Source: Phaeosaccion multiseriatum
Lineage: Eukaryota > Protista > Ochrophyta, other classes
NCBI GenBank assembly: GCA_965112735.1
Contig: OZ218962.1
Coordinates: forward strand, 1,674,001-1,738,000
Reading direction: 5' to 3'
DNA: 64,000 nucleotides
A program made the position numbers and the translations under genes. Positions 39,701-49,508 of this stretch are shown here, one piece after another. Each line of letters starts with the position of its first letter. The first letter of the stretch is position 1. The notes beneath the pieces were generated by a model, which saw only the letters and a list, made by a program, of their open reading frames with translations, was not told where the DNA came from and ran no database searches.

Positions 39701-42700
39701 TGGTGCTTGTGGCCGGCTCCATCACCGCCACAGCAGGCAACCTGGTGATGATGGAGGGCGACATTCTTATTGGTGCCGGAGACGTTTCTTTGGATGTAGG
39801 CAATGTGCTGCTGACCGAAGGCTCTATCACCGCGAGCGCAGGCGACCTGGTGCTTGTGGCCGGCTCCATCACCGCCACGGCAGGCAACCTGGTGATGACG
39901 GAGGGGGATGTGATTGTGACGGCTGGAGACGTGTCACTGGCGGCTGGCAATGTGCTGCTGACCGAAGGCTCTATCACCGCGAGCGCAGGAGACCTGGTGC
40001 TTGTGGCCGGCTCCATCACCGCCACAGCAGGCAACCTGGTGATGACGGAGGGTGATGTGATTGTAACGGCTGGAGACGTGTCACTGGCGGCTGGCAATGT
40101 GCTGCTGACCGAAGGCTCCATCACCGCGAGCGCAGGAGACCTGGTGCTCGTGGCCGGCTCCATCACCGCCACAGCAGGCAACCTGGTGATGACGGAGGGT
40201 GATGTGGTTGTGGCGGCCGGTGATGTGTCGGTGACGGCTGGAGACGTGTCACTGGCGGCTGGCAATGTGCTGCTGACCGAAGGCTCTATCACCTCGAGCG
40301 CAGGAGACCTGGTGCTTGTGGCAGGCTCCATCACCGCCACGGCAGGTGACCTGGTGATGACGGAGGGTGATGTGATTGTGACGGCTGGAGACGTGTCGGT
40401 AACGGCCGGAGACGTGTCACTGGCGGCTGGCAATGTGCTGCTGACCGAAGGCTCTATCACCGCGAGCGCAGGAGACCTGGTGCTTGTGGCCGGCTCCATC
40501 ACCGCCACGGCTGGCAACCTAGTGATGACGGAGGGTGATGTGATTGTGGCTGCCGGCGAAGTGACGGTATCGGCTGGAGACGTGTCACTGGCGGCTGGCA
40601 ATGTGCTGCTGACCGAAGGCTCCATCACCGCGAGCGCAGGCGACCTGGTGCTGGTGGCAGGCTCGATCACTGCTACAGCAGGCAACCTGGTGATGACGGA
40701 GGGTGATGTGATTGTGACGGCTGGAGACGTGTCGGTGACAGCTGGAGACGTGTCATTGGCGGCTGGCAATGTGCTGCTGACCGAAGGCTCTATCACCGCG
40801 AGCGCAGGAGACCTGGTGCTTGTGGCAGGCTCCATCACCGCCACGGCAGGCAACCTGGTGATGACGGAGGGTGATGTGATTGTAACGGCTGGAGATATGT
40901 CACTGGCGGCTGGCAATGTGCTGCTGACCGAAGGCTCTATCACCGCGAGCGCAGGAGACCTGGTGCTTGTGGCCGGCTCCATCACCGCCACAGCAGGCAA
41001 CCTGGTGATGACGGAGGGTAATGTGATTGTGACGGCTGGAGACGTGTCACTGGCGGCTGGCAATGTGCTGCTGACCGAAGGCTCTATCACCGCGAGCGCA
41101 GGAGACCTGGTGCTTGTGGCAGGCTCCATCACCGCCACGGCAGGCAACCTGGTGATGACGGAGGGTGATGTGATTGTAACGGCTGGAGATATGTCATTGG
41201 CGGCTGGCAATGTGCTGCTGACCGAAGGCTCTATCACCGCGAGCGCAGGAGACCTGGTGCTTGTGGCCGGCTCCATCACCGCCACGGCAGGCAACCTGGT
41301 GATGACGGAGGGTGATGTGATTGTGACGGCTGGCGACGTGTCACTGGCGGCTGGCAATGTGCTGCTGACCGAAGGCTCCATCACCGCGAGCGCAGGCGAC
41401 CTGGTACTTGTGGCCGGCTCCATCACCGCTACGGCAGGCAACCTGGTGATGACGGAGGGTGATGTGATTGTGACGGCTGGAGACGTGTCGGTGACAGCTG
41501 GAGACGTGTCATTGGCGGCTGGCAATGTGCTGCTGACCGAAGGCTCCATCACCGCGAGCGCAGGAGACCTGGTGCTTGTGGCCGGCTCCATCACCGCCAC
41601 GGCAGGCAACCTGGTGATGACGGAGGGTGATGTGATTGTGACGGCTGGAGACGTGTCATTGGCGGCTGGCAATGTGCTGCTGACCGAAGGCTCCATCACC
41701 GCGAGCGCAGGAGACCTGGTGCTCGTGGCCGGCTCCATCACTGCTACGGCAGGCAACCTGGTGATGACGGAGGGTGATGTGATTGTGACGGCTGGAGACG
41801 TGTCACTGGCGGCTGGCAATGTGCTGCTGACCGAAGGCTCCATCACCGCGAGCGCAGGCGACCTGGTACTTGTGGCCGGCTCCATCACCGCTACGGCAGG
41901 CAACCTGGTGATGACGGAGGGTGATGTGATTGTGACGGCTGGAGACGTGTCGGTGACAGCTGGAGACGTGTCATTGGCGGCTGGCAATGTGCTGCTGACC
42001 GAAGGCTCCATCACCGCGAGCGCAGGAGACCTGGTGCTTGTGGCCGGCTCCATCACCGCCACGGCAGGCAACCTGGTGATGACGGAGGGTGATGTGATTG
42101 TGACGGCTGGAGACGTGTCATTGGCGGCTGGCAATGTGCTGCTGACCGAAGGCTCTATCACCGCGAGCGCAGGCGACCTGGTGCTGGTGGCAGGCTCGAT
42201 CACTGCTACAGCAGGCAACCTGGTGATGACGGAGGGTAATGTGATTGTGACGGCTGGAGACGTGTCACTGGCAACTGGCAATGTGCTGCTGACCGAAGGC
42301 TCCATCACCGCGAGCGCAGGAGACCTGGTGCTCGTGGCCGGCTCCATCACCGCTACAGCAGGCAACCTGGTGATGACGGAGGGTGATGTGATTGTGACGG
42401 CTGGCGACGTGTCGGTAACGGCTGGAGACGTGTCACTGGCGGCTGGCAATGTGCTGCTGACCGAAGGCTCCATCACCGCGAGCGCAGGAGACCTGGTGCT
42501 TGTGGCAGGCTCCATCACCGCCACGGCAGGCAACCTGGTGATGACGGAGGGTGATGTCATCATGACACAAGGCTCCATCACAGCGAGTGCAGGAGACTTG
42601 GTGCTTGTGGCAGGGTCCATCACTGCCACAGCAGGGGACTTGGTGATGACGGCAGGCTCCATCACTGCATCAGCGGGTGACGTGACGGCAGTGAGCTTCG

Positions 42701-43245
42701 TGACGGCATCGGACCGGCGCCTGAAGGTTGCCGTAGTCCCCTTGGAGGGGACTCTACAGGAGCTGCTGCGGCTCAAAGGCGTCAGCTTCCAGTGGAAACC
42801 CGACACTCCTGGGTACCTGTCCAAGGGCGATGTGACGCAGTTGGGCTTCGTGGCCCAGGAAGTGCTGGAGGTGTTTCCGCTGCTGGTGCAGGAGCCGTCG
42901 ACCCCGGACGGGCACCTGAGCGTGAACTATCCGGGCTTCGTACCGCTGTTAGTGGAGAGCGTCAAGGATTTGCACGCGCTGAGCTGCGCCCGCGACGACG
43001 CTCTATCGGAGGCGCAGGCTCAGGCAGCGGAGCAGGGGCGACAACTAGAGAGGCAGGGGGGCCAATTAGAGAGGCAGGGGGCCCAATTAGAGAGACAGGG
43101 GGCCCAAGTCGAGAGACAGGCGGCCCAGCTCGAAGCCTACGCGGCCCAAGTGGAGCACTTAAAGGCGCAGATGGCGTCGTTGGAGCAGTCCTTGGAGGCT
43201 CTTCTCACCACCGCTGAGCTCCGAAACTCTCGGCCGACACAATAA
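33762..43245 (+). CDS. Giant secreted protein (~3048 aa): Sig1/Ocm1-like EGF head + 7-aa beta-repeat shaft + Peptidase_S74 intramolecular chaperone + coiled coil
   Basis: Exons 33762-34536, 34669-34824, 34930-35094, 35195-43245 splice in frame (all phase 1). Signal peptide, EGF-like modules, and the S74 signature SDRRLK...LGFVAQEV...VNYPGFVPLLVESVKDL. Confidence 0.85.
35725..42690 (+). repeat. Coding tandem array of 21-bp units grouped into 147/168-bp higher-order units
   Basis: GSITASA-GDLVLVA-GSITATA-GNLVMTE-GDVIVTA-(GDVSVTA)-GDVSLAA-GNVLLTE repeated about 40+ times. Confidence 0.97.
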
Positions 43246-43511
43246 TGCTACAATGTAGAGCACTGTAAATTTTGCTACAATGTACTGTAGAAAGGGACTG
43301 AAAAGGTTCTTCCCTTGACGCTTTTGGTAAAGAAAAATGCTAATGAACTGAAACTGGTGCGATTGGCCTGGGAGGCAGCAGGAACGGCGGCAATCAACAC
43401 AACAACAACAACAGCAAATAGCACAAGCATACAGGAGAGGCAGTGAAGCAGCAGCAAATCTCAGGAGCAGCGGATTGTTTGGCCTCTTAACCCTTCTGCG
43501 CCTTTTTTACA

Positions 43512-44634
43512 ATGAGTCGACCACCTCCTCGGGGCCGAGGAGGGGGCTTCCGGTAAGAGGACGATACGGAATGGGAGAGAAGGAAAGGAAGATTTTCTTA
43601 CCCGCCATATATATCATCCCTTGTTCCTTCTCTCTCTCCCTCCCCGTGTCGACCGAGAGCAGGGGCGGCATGCGAGGGGGAAGAGGCGGCAGGGGGGGCA
43701 GAGGAGGAGGGCGCTTCTCAGATGGACCTCCGAGCGAAGTGGTCGGTGAGTGTGACGAGCTATGACGAGTTGATGCAATGCCACAATACTGCAGGTTGTG
43801 CACGTGCTCTTTATTGATGTACGCCTGTTCCAATATCTTCTCGCGTCTCGTCTCATGCAGAGCTCGGTGTCTTCGTTCACTCATGCGAAGGAGAAATGGT
43901 GTGCAAGGTAAGCAAAGCCCCTCAAGAACGTGCGAGAAGCGAATAGAGTTAAGGTGGACGGGAGGGAGTGGGAGCGGAAGACTTGTTTGTTGCATGGCAT
44001 TGCCCACATGTCTAGCATAATGGTGGCTTCCCTCAGTCGACCCATTTTCTCTCCACTCGCCTGCGTACATAGTATCCGAGGTGGTACCTCTCTTGTTCAA
44101 ACTGAAGTCAATGTCTCTTCTCTTGGCCTTGATATTAGTTTCGCATCTCCTCTCCTCCTCACCCACCCCCCCCCCCCCCCGCCCTCCACTCCTGCGCTGC
44201 TGCTGCTCCCCACTCTTCAGTTGACAAATACAATGGTGCCGTACTTCAACGCAGGGACATTTCTGCAAAACAAGACGCAAATAGGCCAGGTTGACGAGAT
44301 TATGGGGCCCATCAATGAGGTGTTCTTCACAGTCAAGCCGAACAATGGGGTCAACCCCACGTCCTTCCAGTCCGGGGATAAAGTGTACATTGGGACTGAC
44401 AAGCTATTACCAATGTCGAGGTTCACCAACCCCGGCAGGGGAGACTCTGGAGGGCGCGGAGGCGGGAGAGGAGGGCGAGGAGACAGAGGAAGAGGCAGGG
44501 GAGGAGGCCGAGGAGGGGGGCGAGGAGGATTTGGGGGAAGAGGAGGGGGGAGGGGAGGCAGAGGAGGCTTTGGCGGCGGGGGGAGGTTCGGAGGGCGCGG
44601 GGGAGGGAGGGGAGGCGGACGGGGCAGGTTTTAG
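43512..44634 (+). CDS. GAR1: H/ACA snoRNP subunit Gar1, multi-exon
   Basis: RGG boxes at both ends; GPPSEVV|ELGVFVHSCEGEMVCK|...VPYFNA...IGQVDEIMGPINEVFFTVK...KLLPMSRF. Confidence 0.95.
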
Positions 44635-44727
44635 GGTAGGTAGTGCAAGGTAAAAAAGAGGGGAAAAAATTGAGCCTTGTTTGATGGCTATAGCCACCCT
44701 TCGGCCCCATGCACGCCTAGCGGTTTT

Positions 44728-44998
44728 GCTCTAGGCCGCTAGGCCGCTCGGCCTTCGGCCGATCTAGGCCTAGGCCGCCACTTTTCAGTCCTAGGCGGCC
44801 TCTACAGTTGTAGCCCGCCTCTAGGCAGCCTCCCAGTGACCGTGGGCGCGTGCGTGGTGCCGCCCAGCCAGTGGGTAGCAGCACACCTGTAGTTAGGCCT
44901 GCACTCCTCGTAGGGCCAGCGAGGCGTCAGAGACAACACGAACCAAGCCTACTCCTCACTTCCAATCCCATGCAATCTGGGCACTCCCACCGTCCGCC
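44728..44998 (-). mobile_element. Dispersed repeat copy 1, Helitron-like 3' end
   Basis: Reverse complement of 56300-56550; tcggcc-ttc-ggccga hairpin a short distance from CTAG-containing ends. Confidence 0.55.
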
Positions 44999-45126
44999 TA
45001 GTTGGCTGGCGTCTGCCCTTGGGTCGCGGGTTGGTGGATGGGTTTTTTTTTTGTGAGACCTAAAATTGAAACGGAAACTGAGGGATTCCCCACGAATTAG
45101 GGAGGAAGGGGAGTAGAAACAGTACG

Positions 45127-46449
45127 ATGCAGAGCCGCAAGAGCCGAGGGCCGGAGAACCCGGAGAAGGTTCTGAGAGCATGCCAACGCAAAGTGGAAAA
45201 CAAGCAGTGCGCAGATTGCCTGGAACGGCTGCCTCAGGTGGGACACACGGGGGAAGAAAATGCCACTTTGTTGATGAACCGAGAACTCAACTTCTCCTCC
45301 TCCTGCTGCTGCTTCTTCTGCTCACACCCACTCCTCAGAACTGTGTTATCAACTTCTCGACGTTTGTGTGTACTACGTGTGCCGGCATTCATCGAGAGTT
45401 CAACCATCGAGTCAAGGTGAGACAGTGAGAATGTTGGTAAGAGGGGAGTGCTCTTCGCTTCCTTCGCCTCAAGGGGTCCCGCGCCTCTTGTACTTATCCT
45501 CTCTCTTTCCCCGTGTCGCAGGGCATTTCGCTCTCGAATTTCACAGAGGATGAGGTGAAGGCGATGAAGAAAGGGGGCAATGCCGCGGCAGAACTGTGCT
45601 TCTTGGCCCGCTATGACGAGCGGCACGACATTGCGAAGCCGGGGGCCAGCGCCAATGCCCGGGAAAGGCGAGATTACATCAGAATGAAGTATGTGGACCG
45701 ACGGTGGTACGGTGATCCAGACGCCCCTTCCACCCCCGGAGGCAGCAGCGGCAGCACGGGTGGTGCGAATAGGAGCAAGGAGGGGGAGAAGGAGCAAAGA
45801 AAGACAAGCAGACGCCGCGCTAACAGCGGCAGTAATGGGGCAGGAGTAGGCTCGAGCTCAAGCTCTGTTAAGCCGCTGGCGAAGGCGAGTCCCAGCCCGC
45901 AGGCCGGAGGGGGTGTAGATCTGCTGGACCTCCTGTCCGGTGGCCCCCCCACCCCCACGCCTGTGCAACCTGTTAATCCTGTCGCTGTCGCGGCAGTAGG
46001 AGGCGGCGGCGTAGACTCCGGCTGGCAAGCTTTTGGTGCCGCTCTCCCCGTCGCACCACAGCCGCAGCAGCTGCAGCAACAACCGCCCCAGCAGCAGCAG
46101 CAGAGCAGTTTTGGCTTGGGACTAGCCCCTCCTCCCCCTCCTCCCAATTACTCACGGCAGCATCAAGCCCATCTGCAGCAGCCACAACAGCAGCCGCAGC
46201 CTGTGGAGCAGCAGCAACAGCTCTTTGGGGGTTTCCAGCAGCACCAGCCTCACTTTCCTCAGCAGCAGCAGCAGCAGCAGCAGCAAGAGCAGCCACAACA
46301 GCAGTCGTTTGGTGCCTTTCAGCAGCACGGACAGCCGCCGCAGCAAGTCCCGCAGCCGCAGCAGCAGTCCTTTGGCGCCTTCCAGCAGCACGGGCAGCCA
46401 CAGCAAACTCCGCAGCCCTTCGCGGCGTTCCAGCAAGTGCCACAACAGC

Positions 46450-46480
<31 letters not shown>

Positions 46481-47138
46481 TCAAATGCAACCGTTTCAGC
46501 AGCCACAGCAACCGCAGCAGAACGGTCAACCGGCCCCCCTATTCGCTGTGGGTGGGCAGCCTCAACAGGTGCCGCACCCTCAACAGCAGCAGCAGCAGCA
46601 ACAGCAGCAGCACCAGCAGCGGGCCTCACATCCCCCGCCCGCGGCTTCAGACCCCTTTGCCGACTTAGCCGAGGCATCGGCCAACAACAGCAACCGTATT
46701 AGTGGTGGGGAGCATCACAGCAGCACTCCTCAGAGCAGCGGCTACACCAAGGGCCAATCGCTGTGGTACCTGGCCAAGGAGGGACCGTCGGCACCATGTC
46801 AGATAATAGGAGTCCATTTCGACGACAACCCCCTCCTGCCGTACTACACCATCAAGCTGACCGACACGGGCGTCGAGAAGCAGACAGATGACGCACACCT
46901 CTCTCTGACTGCGAAAAGGCCGGAGCCGGTGCAGCAGCAGCAGCAGCAGCAGCGGCAGCCCCTTGCGCCGGCAGCACCAGGAGGGGGAGAGGGAGTGGAA
47001 TGGAGTTCTCCCCAGCAGAGCTCGCAGCCTCACAACCCCTTCGGGGCTGAGGATGAAGGCCCGCAACAAGGAGCAGCAGCAGCGGCAGTGGCAGTTACAG
47101 CGGGAGCGGCAGCCTCCAACCCTTTTGATATGTTCTGA
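45127..47138 (+). CDS. ArfGAP-domain protein (AGFG/NIG-like) with polyQ region and NPF/DPF motifs
   Basis: CADC...FSTFVCTTCAGIHREFNHRVK|GISLSNFT...GGN, RDYIRMKYVDRRW; C-terminal NPF motifs. Confidence 0.88.
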
Positions 47139-47514
47139 CACTACCATTTTTTAACACTCGATTTGCGTAAAAATGGCCCAATTCGCGTGAAGTAAACTTT
47201 TTGGACACATGCAGCAAAATGACATTGGGAGAAGGGCTACAGCTCTTCGTGTAGCTCTTTGAGATGCCTATCGATCCATAGTCTTGCACTTTCATCGCTT
47301 ATTCCCTTCCCTACGAGTACTTGTCAGCATTTCTGCAAGAGCCCTCCCCCTTGCCGCCCCATCTCTGTAAAACGGGCATATTATTATTGAAATTGCAAGT
47401 GAGGCGAGGTCAGGCTGAAAGTGGACTAAAGAGGGGTGCTGCGCAGAGCGCGCGCGCCAGACGGAGAGACGGGAGACAAGCAAGTACAAAACAGCGTGCT
47501 CTGTGTTGATCTGT

Positions 47515-49477
47515 TTAACGCTGCTGCACATGGCTGGCGCTGCTGTCTCCAGCCGGCTTCACGGCTCCACGCCGCTGCTGTGTATCCAACTGCTGCTGCT
47601 CATGGCTGCTCTCCAGCGTCTTTTTGACGGCTGCGATGAGTGCCTCTGAGTACCTCTCGAGCACCGCCGACGACAAGGGCGCCTCTTGTCCTTGCCCCTG
47701 CCCATGCCCCTGCCCTCCCGCGCTGCTGCTGAGGGTACCCGACTGCAGGCCGAGGCCAAAGCCAGTGGCCAATCTGCCGCTGTCGCTGGTGCCCGTGCCA
47801 CCGCCGCCCCTCCCGACGTGTCCGGAGAGTGTGAATCCCCCAGTGCCCTCGAGTAAGTCCCCGACCGTTGCGAAGCCCTGCCTGAAGGACTGCAGCAACT
47901 CGTCCGTCTCATTCTCGTCCTCCGCCCCTCTCCCAGTGCTGTTTGTGTCTCCCAGAGTCGCGCTCCCCCCCCCCCCTGCGGTCTCTCCTCCCCTGCTGCC
48001 GGTGGCAAGCTCTTGATAGAGCTCGGCTGCCACTTGCGCTGACTTTCGAAGCTGCGTGAGTGCATCCAAGTACTCCTGAGTCCTCCGCGGGAGTCGCGGT
48101 GATGGGGAGGAGCCAAGGAGAGGCGGTGGTGGCCTCTTACTCTCGCCGTCTTGCCCCTGCCCCCCCTCCTCGCCCTCATTCTCCTCTGTCGCAATTCTGC
48201 CCCCGTAGGCATCTTGCCCTGCCCTGTCTTCCCCCCTTGTCAATGCCTCGTCAACGTCCTCTTGCTCCTCCTCCTGCTCCTGCTCCTCCTTCTCCCCCTC
48301 CTCCGCCTTTCTCTTCTCCTCCTCCTCCTCCTCCTCCTCCTCCTCCTCCTCCTCCTCCTCCTCCTCCTCCTCCTCCTTCTCCTCCACCTCCTCCTCTCCC
48401 TCTCCCTCCCCCTCCTCCTCCTCCTCCTCCTCCTCCTCCTCCTCCTCCTCCTCCTCCTCCTCCTCCTCCTCCTCCTCCTCTCCCTCTCCCTCTCCCTCCT
48501 TCTCCACCCCCCCTCCCCCTACCGCCCTCCTCTCCGAGTCCTCCCTGTCATCGTCTTCTTCTTCTTCGCCCCCCCTCTCCAAGCCCCCTCCGTCGAACGC
48601 ATTCGAGTCTGTCATGCGTGTTTCCGATAGCGCGTTCTTGAGAGAGTCCTGCTTCCTCTCCCCAAGAACGCCACTGCTACTACCGAAGGGCCCCTCCTTA
48701 GCCTCGTCTCCACTCTCCACCCCTGGGGGCGGGGGCAGGGGAGGCATGGCCATAAACACACTGGGGTCGGCCTCCTCGTCCTCCTCTTCCTCCTCTTCCT
48801 CCTCTTCCTCCTCTTGGGTCTCTGCAGTCGCCCGCGGCTCCAAGGGGTCCAACTCGAGATGTTGGTTGTCCAGAAGGGCCTTCCCGTCGCAGCCAAGGTA
48901 CCCCATGGCCTCCAAGTGCTGACGCATGCTGGCCACTGCGTCCTCCGTCTCCCTGTGCTTGTGCTTGAGGTCCTCCCCAGTGTCTCCCCTCTCCCCCTCG
49001 TCCGTCGCTACCATCGCTGCCGTTTCCCTCGAGAGAGGAGGTGGGGGGGGCACGTTAGGGTGGTCTGCGTGCTCCGGGTCGTCCCCTCCCCCCCCCCCCA
49101 CTCGCCCCGCTGTATCTGTTCCATTCATCTCCTCTTTTTCTACATTCGCCTGAGCCCGATGGAAGAAGTTGAAGCTGTGGCTCAGGCGCAGGTCTTGAGA
49201 GTCGAGCGAAGAAGAGGCCATTGAGGCCACTGAGGATGCTTGTCCTGCCTCTGAGTGGGGGCTTACTGTAGCAGGCGGCACCTCTTTCCCAGTCCCCTCC
49301 TCAGCTCTGTCCTCTGGCTCCCCCCTTGGAGAAGACGTCACGTGCGCCTTCCCCTCCTGTTCACCGCTCTCACCACTCTCCGTTGGAGATACACACGTGT
49401 CCTCGACTACAGTATTCTCTGGGGAAGCTGCTTCCGGCGCCAATGTGCAAGTCAAGGCAAGCGCTGGCGTTTCCACG

Positions 49478-49508
<31 letters not shown>

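Noticed and set aside
35725-42690. Possible CRISPR-like or satellite array
   Set aside because: No unique spacers; variation is codon-structured inside an open frame in a eukaryotic gene.
35205-42824. 2539-aa antisense ORF (mucin-like S/T/P repeats)
   Set aside because: It is the shadow of the sense repeat array, whose codons never create antisense stops. The sense frame carries the recognisable domains and splice sites.
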